Made by a program: the position numbers and the translations under genes. Shown here one piece after another: positions 39,433 to 49,084 of a DNA stretch of 64,000 nt (the stretch's first letter is position 1; each line of letters opens with the position of its first letter). This DNA comes from an uncultured virus (IMG/VR IMGVR_UViG_3300028840_003545). Lineage: Duplodnaviria > Heunggongvirae > Uroviricota > Caudoviricetes. A model generated the notes under the pieces. The model was not told the origin of the DNA and searched no databases. It saw only the letters and a program-made list of their open reading frames with translations. The stretch lies in IMG/VR virus record IMGVR_UViG_3300028840_003545. One strand, written 5' to 3'.

Positions 39433-40794
39433 TTAATTCCTTGATAGAAAAGCTTTCGCAACTCTGCGATGACTTTTCGAACTGTTCTTATCAGCTAAAA
39501 TTTCTTCTGCAGTTTCATTAAGTCTAATAAGTTCATCTTCCGAAACATCAACAGTAACAATATCTACGCTATGTCCCCTACGAGATAATACGGCATAGAG
39601 TGGATCTGATTGTCCCCACCAATATTGTTGAAATACATTGTAAACATCATAACCTAATTTTATAGAACGTGGTCCTGGTTCAGATACTGCTCTAGAAGAA
39701 ACAACTTCTGCATCAACCATAGGTCTACCTCTACCTAAAGCTGGATATCTACCTTCAGAGATACGCTTAGGTCTAGGTCCGGCAAATCTATATATTCCAT
39801 ATCCAACTCCACCTACAACGCCAAGACCTAAAGCAACCAAAGATACAGTCTTAATGGTATCATAAAGAGCTTGTGTGTCGCTTGCTTTATTAGCAGCAGC
39901 TCTCGCTTCTTCATTTGTTTTTATGGCGGCAGTTGTGGCTTCGGTAAGACCTTTCGCCTTATTTAAACAATCATCATAACACTGCAAATCATTTGGAGGA
40001 CATTTTGTGTCACACGTGTCTATAACTTTATCCTGTTGACGTCTAATATCAGCAGCTTCTGCTCTAGTTAGATGATCGTCTAATAAATCACAAACTTTAT
40101 TGATAACCAATACTGTTCCTATAGTAAGACCTATAACTACTAATCCACCTACTACTATTCCAGTAATAGTTACTGGCTCGCCTACGCCTACTCCTGCTAC
40201 AAAATCAGAAGGTAAAACGTGCTTACTTCCTTCATTAGTGAAATTGGAAACAACTATATCCCCATCCTTATCATTGTAACCTACAGGAGCGTTAGGATCT
40301 TTACCTGTTCTGATAGTAGGTTCACCTTCAACTGCTAAAACTGCTGCATCTTTATTTAAGCTATCCCATGCTATAGCTCTTACACCTTTCTCAACATCTT
40401 GTAAATATCTAGCTATTTTAATTATTATATTATGAACAGATCTAAGATACGCATCATCTTCTGTAGTCCAACCAGGAGAGGATACGCTGTACTCCTGTAC
40501 CATTGTTCCATCGTTATCAAAAGCAGGTATACCTAATGCTTGTCTGTTCTTTAAAAAAGCATCATATCTAAGAACTACACCATTCCATTTATTGACAGTA
40601 TCTTCTGTCATATGTACAAAATACTCTTTCCAAGATTCTTGTGTTCTTGGATCAAGCATCTTAATACCTTCAGATAAAGTATATTTACCATTATATATTC
40701 CTTCAGTCATGGTATATGCGTCAGTAAATACTGCAAATACCTTATTTTTAGCATCTTCAGCAACGGCAGTGGTTACATCAATTAAACTAGACAT
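39433..40794 (-). CDS. two-TM coiled-coil virion membrane protein
   Basis: TM - Cys-rich coiled coil - TM - basic linker - small C-terminal domain. Confidence 0.55.
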   Translation of the reverse strand: MSSLIDVTTAVAEDAKNKVFAVFTDAYTMTEGIYNGKYTLSEGIKMLDPRTQESWKEYFVHMTEDTVNKWNGVVLRYDAFLKNRQALGIPAFDNDGTMVQEYSVSSPGWTTEDDAYLRSVHNIIIKIARYLQDVEKGVRAIAWDSLNKDAAVLAVEGEPTIRTGKDPNAPVGYNDKDGDIVVSNFTNEGSKHVLPSDFVAGVGVGEPVTITGIVVGGLVVIGLTIGTVLVINKVCDLLDDHLTRAEAADIRRQQDKVIDTCDTKCPPNDLQCYDDCLNKAKGLTEATTAAIKTNEEARAAANKASDTQALYDTIKTVSLVALGLGVVGGVGYGIYRFAGPRPKRISEGRYPALGRGRPMVDAEVVSSRAVSEPGPRSIKLGYDVYNVFQQYWWGQSDPLYAVLSRRGHSVDIVTVDVSEDELIRLNETAEEILADKNSSKSHRRVAKAFLSRN

Positions 40795-41545
40795 TTTTAC
40801 CTCTGATTACTAAAATCGTAGTTATCGCTGCTACAGATAAAGATAGACCGAATAAAGCTAGCCCCTTACTACTAGAACTATCTTTAACAAAATTTTCTTG
40901 CTTCTGGTGTTGAATGTACATTTTACTATCTACTACACCAACGAAGTCGCCTGTGGTTCTGAACTTACTAGCATCTGGTGGATACATTCCTCTATAGCAA
41001 AAACCCTTATCACATATTACACTACCGTCAGGTATATTAATCCATCTCTCTCTAGTTGGCGGATATGTTTGTCCAAATGGAAGCTCTATAGTTGTATCTA
41101 CAGGAATCCATCTTTCTGAATCTTTATCCCAAAATGCCCCCAATACATGTCCTATTTCACCAGATTTTTCATAACTATGTCCTACAACTGCTACTGGAAT
41201 ACCTAAAGTACCAACTGCTGATAAATAACTGATAGTAAGATCGTCACAATCTCCACCGTTGAATGTTATGCCATCACAGTTATCTAACATACATACAGCG
41301 GATTTCATCATTTCAGAATCCACTGGATCTAAAACGTATATCTTTTCTTTTTTTAATGCATCATACACAGCTTTAGCTTTGCCTACATCACTTTTAGGCG
41401 TACCAGCTGCTTTAACTGCATTAATAGCCCATTCATTTGTTCTAGGATCTATTCTATCCCTAGATACAAATTCAGCGACTTTTTGCAGGCTCTTTATGGC
41501 TCCCTTGCCGCCACGGGGCCACGGAGCGACCTGAACGCTCAACAT
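40787..41545 (-). CDS. transglutaminase-like cysteine enzyme with C-terminal TM
   Basis: GGDCDD (Cys), GHV (His) and WIPVDTT (Asp) triad; Y..DP...E upstream motif. Confidence 0.85.
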   Translation of the reverse strand: MLSVQVAPWPRGGKGAIKSLQKVAEFVSRDRIDPRTNEWAINAVKAAGTPKSDVGKAKAVYDALKKEKIYVLDPVDSEMMKSAVCMLDNCDGITFNGGDCDDLTISYLSAVGTLGIPVAVVGHSYEKSGEIGHVLGAFWDKDSERWIPVDTTIELPFGQTYPPTRERWINIPDGSVICDKGFCYRGMYPPDASKFRTTGDFVGVVDSKMYIQHQKQENFVKDSSSSKGLALFGLSLSVAAITTILVIRGKNV

Positions 41546-41706
41546 GGTACTACCTTCCCCCCAAATTTTGGCAGCAAACAGCAAATTTTACCGACTACCA
41601 AACCCCCCGAAACACGGTATCGGTTCCGTTTTGATTCCTGCATAATTCCCTTTCCATTAACAAACTCAAATTGTACATACTAATCATAACAGATTTTCTA
41701 ACTCGT

Positions 41707-42345
41707 TCAAGAATTTTCTATAGATTCGATAGTGTGAACAAAATCTTCACAATCATCTTCAATAGAAACAAATCTTCTGTTAAATTTATGAGCTATCTTT
41801 GCTATCTGTCCTTTCTTACTCGTTGGATCAAATATCCATTCTCCTTTCTTAGTATGAGATTTAATTAACATTTCTAGTAATTTATCCATACCATATTTCT
41901 CATAAAAACTATCCAAAATTTTAGCTGGATTAAACCATTTCTTACTACCAAATATTTTTCTTTTTCTACCTGTTATTCTAGATGGCTTGCTATCATCTTC
42001 TTTCATTCCTTCTAAATAAAAACAAGCCACTTCTCCAAAAGATGAACCAGATATCATATTATTAAATGTCCATCTTGTACTTGCTTCTGCTTTGACTACT
42101 AACTTATGTAATGGTCTTTTATTTCTTTCGCTATTCTTACCAAAAACATAAACCATAGATCCTTCTGCGCAGAACCTTTCTATAATCTTGAGATATTCCT
42201 CTACTGAGAACGACTCATCATATATTAATACAACGAGCGAAAATTTAGAAACAGCACTATCTTCTATAGCCTGCAATATACTGGTATCTAAAAAGTTACC
42301 TAATATTACTAAACCATCTTCGCTTTCATATATATCGATAAGCAT
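41707..42345 (-). CDS. degenerate N4/N6 DNA methyltransferase-like protein
   Basis: LLEMLIKSHTKKGEWIFDP...IAKIAHKFNRRFVSIE, but FxGxG is replaced and DPPY is absent. Confidence 0.55.
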   Translation of the reverse strand: MLIDIYESEDGLVILGNFLDTSILQAIEDSAVSKFSLVVLIYDESFSVEEYLKIIERFCAEGSMVYVFGKNSERNKRPLHKLVVKAEASTRWTFNNMISGSSFGEVACFYLEGMKEDDSKPSRITGRKRKIFGSKKWFNPAKILDSFYEKYGMDKLLEMLIKSHTKKGEWIFDPTSKKGQIAKIAHKFNRRFVSIEDDCEDFVHTIESIENS

Positions 42346-42348
42346 ACA

Positions 42349-44592
42349 TTATCCCCTTCTTACTGCATTTAGTAAGCTATTTCTTGTTACTGGTGGACCT
42401 TGATTTGTATCAGATTCAATAGGTGGAGGTTCGGCTATAGCCTCCCTTTGTGCTTCTGGTGGTGGACCTTGTTGATCACGTTTTTGTATTTCCATCTTTA
42501 GTTGTTGATTTTCACCAATTATCTGTCTCATTCTTTGTTCAATAGCTTGAAGATTATTTACCTGTCCAGGGCTAGCATTTCCGCCTTGCATAGCTATCTG
42601 CTCTTGAATTTGAGCCCATTTGCCGCCTACAATTTTTGCTATACCACCTAAATGTTCTGAATTAATAAATGCTGTTGTAAGCCAATCCATAGGCTTACCA
42701 GTTTCATTGTCATATGCAAAATTCCACCCAGGAGTTTTTACTACCCTAAATGGCATACCCTCGTATGGATCTTTAGACTCTGAATCTTCTTTACTAATAT
42801 TTGCTTGTGCCTCCTGATTTTCTACTGTACCAGGGCTAGATATACCTAACTGATTCGCTGCAGTCTTTATAGTATTAAAAAAACTATTGAATCCATTTAT
42901 TTGTTCTTGTATAGACTGTTGCTGATTTGATACTAAAGATTGCTGTTGAGTGATATTTGGTTGCTGTTGCGAATTATCTTGCTGTGGATTAGAAGGTAAT
43001 GGAACTGGAATGTATTGAATTTGATTTTCTTGAACAGGTGGAGGTGGAGGTATAGGTGGTAAAAATTGCTGAGTAACCTGTTGCGGTAGTGGAGCCTGCA
43101 TATGTTGTTGTATTGCAGGTTGAGGTATTACTTGTTGAACAGGTTGCTGTTGAACAGGTTGCTGTTGAACAGGTTGCTGTTGAACAGGTTGTGATACAAC
43201 TTTAGTTTCATGTATAATGGGTGGATTGAAATTATTTTCTGATGTAAAACTTAAGCTACCAGGAATATGTAACATTCCCTGAGGTATTCCTACATTAGCT
43301 GTAGGAGGTAATGGAGGAGGAGGTGGAGCATTAATCTGTTGCTGTCTATCCTTTTGCTCTTGAACCTCTTTTTTAAGACTTACAACCTCTTCAGTAAGCT
43401 TAGTCATTAATTCAAGATATTTATCTTCAGTTGTCTGTGGCTGAACAGGCTGTTGCTGTTGCATAGGCTGTTGCTGTTGCATAGGCTGTTGCTGTTGCAT
43501 AGGCTGTTGCTGTTGCATAGGCTGTTGCTGTTGCATAGGCTGTTGCTGTTGCATAGACGTACCAATGCCAGGTAAATTAGATACAGGTGCAGGATTACCA
43601 AAACCTGCTGGAACTTGCATATACATTGGCGGAGGAGGCATTGGAGGAGGCATATTAACTTCTGAACGCTTACGTCTTTTACCTCTTCTTCTTCTGTCAT
43701 CTACATAATCTTCATCATCTTCATAGTCATCTTCATCATCTATATAGTCATCTTCATCATCTTCATCAACAGCAGAAGTTATCTGCGCTTGTATACCTTG
43801 TAAATTAGGATTAAATGCTGGATCGTTCGATATTGGCTGACTAATAGGCTGTTGTCTACTAGATACCATCTCACTTACTTTATTATCTAAACCACGTATG
43901 GTATCAAACAAGAAAGTAAATCTTGGATCATCTGTAGATGGTGGCTGTTGTACAGGTTGTTGAATTGTTGGCTGTGGCTGCATAAAAATATGACCTGAAT
44001 TCATTGGTGAAGCTACACCAGCCATTCCAGGCATACTTAATGGAGTTTGAACTTCTTGTCTATTATCAGCCATTTGTGTAACCTGATTATTATTTGGATC
44101 CCATTTAGCCCTAACTCTTGGATCCGCTTGTAACTTCAATTTACCAACTGCTCTAATCATATTACCATATTGTACTATCTGCCATTTGTATTCTGTGTCT
44201 TCACCTCTCCAATATCTTTCTTTAATTATCTTAGTGAAACTACCCCAATCTGGAGCTTGAGTTAGAGGAATTGTATCCACATGAACATCTACAGGTAATA
44301 TCTGATCCACATAAACACTAGCGTTAGCACTAAAAAGCCTAGACGCTTCGTTGTACTTTATAGGATCCGTAGCATTCCAAGGAACGTGAGACTTACCACC
44401 TTTTTTTTGCTTTACAACCCTATTAAGACTCTTGTTAGCTTCAGCACTTTCAGAGTCTAAAGCTCCAAGTTTCTTAATATCATCTTCCATTATCTCCGTT
44501 TCTTCTTGCGGTATATATGCATCATCTGGCGCTGCTTTAGGCGGTTCAACGTCATTTATCGGAGCATAAACTGGATCATTCCTCTGTGGCAT
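42349..44592 (-). CDS. 747-aa Gln/Pro-rich low-complexity protein
   Basis: Q/P tandem repeats, an acidic tract followed by an Arg tract, coiled coils. Confidence 0.7.
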   Translation of the reverse strand: MPQRNDPVYAPINDVEPPKAAPDDAYIPQEETEIMEDDIKKLGALDSESAEANKSLNRVVKQKKGGKSHVPWNATDPIKYNEASRLFSANASVYVDQILPVDVHVDTIPLTQAPDWGSFTKIIKERYWRGEDTEYKWQIVQYGNMIRAVGKLKLQADPRVRAKWDPNNNQVTQMADNRQEVQTPLSMPGMAGVASPMNSGHIFMQPQPTIQQPVQQPPSTDDPRFTFLFDTIRGLDNKVSEMVSSRQQPISQPISNDPAFNPNLQGIQAQITSAVDEDDEDDYIDDEDDYEDDEDYVDDRRRRGKRRKRSEVNMPPPMPPPPMYMQVPAGFGNPAPVSNLPGIGTSMQQQQPMQQQQPMQQQQPMQQQQPMQQQQPMQQQQPVQPQTTEDKYLELMTKLTEEVVSLKKEVQEQKDRQQQINAPPPPPLPPTANVGIPQGMLHIPGSLSFTSENNFNPPIIHETKVVSQPVQQQPVQQQPVQQQPVQQVIPQPAIQQHMQAPLPQQVTQQFLPPIPPPPPVQENQIQYIPVPLPSNPQQDNSQQQPNITQQQSLVSNQQQSIQEQINGFNSFFNTIKTAANQLGISSPGTVENQEAQANISKEDSESKDPYEGMPFRVVKTPGWNFAYDNETGKPMDWLTTAFINSEHLGGIAKIVGGKWAQIQEQIAMQGGNASPGQVNNLQAIEQRMRQIIGENQQLKMEIQKRDQQGPPPEAQREAIAEPPPIESDTNQGPPVTRNSLLNAVRRG
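43133..43191. repeat. 15-bp coding tandem repeat (PVQQQ, about four copies)
   Basis: TGTTGAACAGGTTGC units. Confidence 0.9.
43447..43554. repeat. 18-bp coding tandem repeat (MQQQQP, six copies)
   Basis: AGGCTGTTGCTGTTGCAT, six perfect copies. Confidence 0.95.
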
Positions 44593-45170
44593 AACTCACC
44601 TAATTAAATAAATGTGATCGTTTCTTCTACGTTTATCTGAGGAATCCACTTCTCTAAAGAACCTTTAAACAAGCCTACCAAAGTAGCAATACGCTGATCT
44701 TCAGGTAAATCAGATATAGATACTGGTAATCCTATAGTTATCTCAGATGATACATCTGTATTACTAAAAGAAAAACTGGTAGCACCAATTTGATCAGCTA
44801 TAGCTTCAAGCTTAGTATTACAAACCCAATCTACTTTAGCCTCTGCAACCGTTGTATTCTGAAAATCATTTTTAAATGTGTAATCAAATTTAGCGTCCAT
44901 TTCTACCTCTCCTTTGAGAAACTATATTCCCTATAGTTCCTATTATCTGTGGAGCTCTAGCTACAACTTCTTTAGTTAATTCAAAAGCCTTGTCGCCCAT
45001 TCTTTGTTTAGCCATCTCTGAAGATATTGCCACCGCTACACCTTCTGGCAATTCTGCATCATCTTCTAGCCAATGGGAAGCTTTCCAACTAACTTTCCAA
45101 TCACCATTTTCTTTACATAATCCAAATACTAATATAACATCTGGAACAGTATCATCTACCATCCATTTTC

Positions 45171-45473
45171 TTATTCTTTCCCAGATTCGATCTTCTTTCC
45201 TTGTTGACATTCTTTCTTTCCTTTAACCCTTCCTTTAAGTACATTGCTTAATGTAGAAGGTGTAGTTTCTTCTGCTATATTATCAATAAGAGGTTCGTTT
45301 GCATACCACCTATGTATACTTTGCTCTATAGCTTGACCCTGACTAGTGGCACCAATAACCTCCATAAGTTTACGCATTTTGCGCCAACCTTCTGGACTTA
45401 ATGTGCAAGTAACAAAAACCCTTCCATTCTTAGTTGTCTTAGGACCATTTGATCTTGGTGGCATAACATTCAC
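45171..45473 (-). CDS. possible ribbon-helix-helix regulator
   Basis: RVFVTCTLSPEGWRKMRKL....SQGQAIEQSI strand-helix-helix pattern. Confidence 0.4.
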   Translation of the reverse strand: MNVMPPRSNGPKTTKNGRVFVTCTLSPEGWRKMRKLMEVIGATSQGQAIEQSIHRWYANEPLIDNIAEETTPSTLSNVLKGRVKGKKECQQGKKIESGKE

Positions 45474-46002
45474 TCCTTATTCTGTTTCTATATTTTCACT
45501 AGTAATTAACACTTTTTCGTCTACTATCGTGTCCCAGCTACTTATCTCAGAAATTGGCACTGTCCTAATAACAGTTAACCCTGCATCTTTATACTCTCCT
45601 CCTTTGTTAGCCAAACAAAATATTCTAAAAACATCATCTGCTCCTGACAAATGAAACAAACTTATTTTCTTTATAGTAACTTCTTCTGGAGAATACCTCT
45701 CCATTCTCAATTTTAAAGGATTCCAGACTAGCGGAGTACCATCCTCTCCAAATACAAATCCTTTAGCTGGCGGAAGTGGAGAATTTAGTAGATATTCTAC
45801 ACCTTCTTTAGTCGCTAGTCTTATATATTCTTCTTCATAGTCATCCTCTTCTTCTAATACACTGTCTTCTTCTTCCACTTCTGTTGTATTATCTTCACTA
45901 ATATTATTAGTGTTCAAATCAACAGTAGATTCGTCATTTGATATATCGCTACCTTCAGCATTACTAGCATTTAATACTGTTGTTTCTTCGTTCATAACTC
46001 CC

Positions 46003-46440
46003 TCAAATCAATTCTACATTCTTACCTAGTTTTTTGGCGTGCTTGATAGTGTTTTCAGTTCCACCTTTTCTATCTGAAGATACCATAGCAAAAACGAAAT
46101 CTGAATCATCAGCTACAATTAAGTTTCTTTCATAATACCTTTTAACTATCTGATTATATGTTTTAGCCCCGTTTAAGTCTGGGAAATGTTCAACAAGTTT
46201 AATATCAAATTCTAAACATGCTTTTTTGGCGAATAGATCTGCACCTTTTTTACACCCACCAGATACTATTACCAAATAATCTCCATATAATGCTTTAAGC
46301 TTTCTAACAGTTTCAAATATAATGTCTTTATCAATACCTGAATTCCTTCGCCTACTACCAACTATACCTACCTTTACAATTTCTTTTCTAAAAAGAGGTA
46401 ACTGTATTGGATGATTCCAGCTATATTTACTTTCATTCAT
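46003..46440 (-). CDS. SLOG-superfamily (DprA/YspA-like) protein
   Basis: VGIVGSR, IVSGGC..GAD, RN..V...D, GGTENT. Confidence 0.8.
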   Translation of the reverse strand: MNESKYSWNHPIQLPLFRKEIVKVGIVGSRRRNSGIDKDIIFETVRKLKALYGDYLVIVSGGCKKGADLFAKKACLEFDIKLVEHFPDLNGAKTYNQIVKRYYERNLIVADDSDFVFAMVSSDRKGGTENTIKHAKKLGKNVELI

Positions 46441-47475
46441 TTACATCACCATTGGAGCTATAGCGCATTTTATGTCTTTTGAAAATACTAGCACTGGATC
46501 CTGTGAATTTTTACCTAGATTTATAGAGAACTCTTTACCAGGAACCTTTCTGATCACATCTATAAAAAACTTTCCATTAACCTTAAAATCAACAGGGCTA
46601 GAATCACATTTAAAACCAATTACAGCTGCACTACTAGAATTATCATCTCCAATACATCTTAAATTACATTTTCCATTTTTAAATATAAAGCAAATTCCCT
46701 CATCAGTTAACGTTAATGACTGTAAAGCTCTTTGAAGTTCCAGTTTATCAAAAGATACAATACATTTTGCTGGAAAATTTAATATTTTGTTAAAATCTGG
46801 TATATCCACTGACTGCTGCAAAAAACATATACTAGAATCTACATTACTAACATATACCCACGTACCTTTTTTGCCAAGTCTTACATTTTTTTTACCTTTA
46901 ATCCATCTTTTTAGTATTGGTACAGTTGAAAAATGAATAAATATACTTTCATCAATATACTTTCCTAATTCCAACTCTCTACTAGATGAAGCTAACTTAT
47001 ATCCATCAAAACCAAACGAAGTAACTCTTTCTGCCCTTACTTTGACGCACACATTATTTGTTACTGGTCTGTCTCTACGAGACATAACGCAAAATGATAC
47101 ATTGTCTACTACACTAAAAAATTCATCCGACCCTAATTTAACAGACCAATCAAATTCTTTCTCACATATAATACCAATATCATCATTATCTGATAGAACT
47201 GGTAATTTATGAAAAACCTTTTTACCTGAATCACTTATCATATTGTTCTTGAATACTACAGAATCTCCAGGTAATGATTTAATCTTAGCGGCAAGCATTT
47301 TAGCACCAAATACAGCTATACCTTCCTGTGTTTTTTCACAAAAACTTAAAAACTCGTATTTTATACCAAGATTACTCATGCAATAAACTAGAACTTTATT
47401 ATCCTCTACAGTTATCCTAACAGTATCGAAATATTCTAGTCCTAAAAACTTCTCTTTATCCAATATGCATCTCAT
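46441..47475 (-). CDS. dnaN: DNA polymerase III beta sliding clamp homolog
   Basis: 344 aa; RDRPV.NNV, FDGYKLA, PDFNKI, N.KFFIDVI and C-terminal IAPM motifs. Confidence 0.8.
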   Translation of the reverse strand: MRCILDKEKFLGLEYFDTVRITVEDNKVLVYCMSNLGIKYEFLSFCEKTQEGIAVFGAKMLAAKIKSLPGDSVVFKNNMISDSGKKVFHKLPVLSDNDDIGIICEKEFDWSVKLGSDEFFSVVDNVSFCVMSRRDRPVTNNVCVKVRAERVTSFGFDGYKLASSSRELELGKYIDESIFIHFSTVPILKRWIKGKKNVRLGKKGTWVYVSNVDSSICFLQQSVDIPDFNKILNFPAKCIVSFDKLELQRALQSLTLTDEGICFIFKNGKCNLRCIGDDNSSSAAVIGFKCDSSPVDFKVNGKFFIDVIRKVPGKEFSINLGKNSQDPVLVFSKDIKCAIAPMVM

Positions 47476-47521
47476 ATCTTCCCTCTTTCTTGCTCTGTTG
47501 GCAAGGGAAAGTTGATAATCG

Positions 47522-47806
47522 TTACTGCTGTGTTGTGATTTGTGTCCTAATCCTTCGCATTTCTGAGGGGTTACGAAGGAGGTACTCCACTATATCCGAT
47601 GGTACTCTATTAGCAGATATCATTAATTCATCAAAGTCTACGTTAAGCACTTGCGACAATTTCTTTACAAGATCTTCGGACGGATTGGACTGGTTAGCCT
47701 CTAATCGTCTTAAATGTGTAGGAGATACTCCGATCATTTTAGATAACGTTCTAATACCTAAACCTCTTTCGGATCTTCGTCTTGTTATTATGGAACTAAA
47801 TCTCAT
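47522..47806 (-). CDS. XRE-family HTH regulator
   Basis: RGLGIRTLSKMIGVSPTHLRRLEANQSNPS. Confidence 0.9.
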   Translation of the reverse strand: MRFSSIITRRRSERGLGIRTLSKMIGVSPTHLRRLEANQSNPSEDLVKKLSQVLNVDFDELMISANRVPSDIVEYLLRNPSEMRRIRTQITTQQ

Positions 47807-49080
47807 TTCACTTTCCTAACATTAAATCTGCCATCATCTGGACTTACCTTTCTAGACTTCCTAACATTTATTCTTGGCATTCCAGAGCTTCGTGTTTCTA
47901 TAGCTGCAATCTTTGCACCTAACATCGCTCTTTGTGCATTATTTAAACCTTCTCTAACTTCCTTTATCGCAGCTTTTAGATTAGATCTATTAACAGTTAA
48001 AAGTCTAACTAAAGCTTCATCTTTAGTAATATTTAAATATTTTGCCATTAATTCTATCAACTTTATTACATCATATTCTTTATCAACCGGAGTTGATACA
48101 TAATATACCAAATCTCCTATAGGTATATCTTTTTCATGTTCCAATCTGGCTCTTAAAAGCTCATCAATTTGCTTCTTTCTGGCATAAGATATACCGGAAA
48201 CAGAAGCTACTACTTCTCTGTGTTTTGATAATTTTTCTAAATCTGAAGAAGTGATAGGTAAAGACTTTAACTTAAAAAGTCCAACCTTCCCTTCTAATAT
48301 ATCCTGATATGGTTCGCAGTTATCTGACTGGTCACAATAACAGCACCAGGCATTTAATTTAGGTGGAAAATTACAATTAGGATTTTCAGTCCTTTCTGCT
48401 GTCTTAATCATGTATCTTATAGCTGTTTCGCATTCTTCATCTGTTCTTGGACGGGATGGACGCTGTACATATCCAAGTCTAAGCATATGGTATTCGCAAT
48501 AAATATCAGTATTTACAAATTGAGGCCACAATTTTTTAGCTGCATATGTGTAAAGACTCATTTGTAGGTCTGTTTCTAGTTCAGACTTATTAAAAGGAAG
48601 TCTATTGCTTTTGTAATCAACTATATACAACTTACCATCTCTTACATCTACTCTATCTATTATACCATTAATTACTAATGTTCTACCATTCGACTCAACA
48701 GTTATGTCGAATGCATGTTCTGTAGATATAAAATCATAAGCTTCAACTATGCCTAGTTTTCTAACGTAATCTTGAATCATTTCTAAGCCTTCTTCATATA
48801 ACTCTACACCACTAAGTCTCATTCCATCTTCAGAATTAACCCATAAATCATCATATATATCTTTTACAAAGTCTAAATCCAATATTCCACAGAATTCTTC
48901 TTCTATAACCCATTTAAATAATTCTTCCAAAACTAAATGTAAAAACTTACCTATATCTGTTGCTGCTCCGTATGTTCCTTTTATCTTATCAATGTAATTC
49001 AACTTAAATGATAAAGGACATTGTTCGTATCTCTTTATTCTACTAACTGAAAGATGCTTGTTTTTGAATTTTTTAGCCAT
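47803..49080 (-). CDS. PD-(D/E)XK nuclease (RecB/AddB-like)
   Basis: LSVSRI..YEQCP, G...H..LE, GIIDRVD, IVDYKS, Q..LY, C..C.....C cluster. Confidence 0.9.
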   Translation of the reverse strand: MAKKFKNKHLSVSRIKRYEQCPLSFKLNYIDKIKGTYGAATDIGKFLHLVLEELFKWVIEEEFCGILDLDFVKDIYDDLWVNSEDGMRLSGVELYEEGLEMIQDYVRKLGIVEAYDFISTEHAFDITVESNGRTLVINGIIDRVDVRDGKLYIVDYKSNRLPFNKSELETDLQMSLYTYAAKKLWPQFVNTDIYCEYHMLRLGYVQRPSRPRTDEECETAIRYMIKTAERTENPNCNFPPKLNAWCCYCDQSDNCEPYQDILEGKVGLFKLKSLPITSSDLEKLSKHREVVASVSGISYARKKQIDELLRARLEHEKDIPIGDLVYYVSTPVDKEYDVIKLIELMAKYLNITKDEALVRLLTVNRSNLKAAIKEVREGLNNAQRAMLGAKIAAIETRSSGMPRINVRKSRKVSPDDGRFNVRKVK

Positions 49081-49084
49081 TATA

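Noticed and set aside
41568..41585. sigma54 box ahead of the virion module (TTGGCAGCAAACAGCA)
   Set aside because: GG-to-GC spacing is 9, not 10; TGGCACGATGCAATAC at 50137 likewise lacks the -12 GC.
43407..43700. ORF with LCNSNS repeats
   Set aside because: Alternative frame of the MQQQQP repeat inside the 747-aa gene.
11910..44592. Contractile injection system or tailed-phage morphogenesis cluster (suggested by the LysM genes)
   Set aside because: No sheath, tube, baseplate, portal or terminase motifs were recognised; membrane-anchored proteins dominate.
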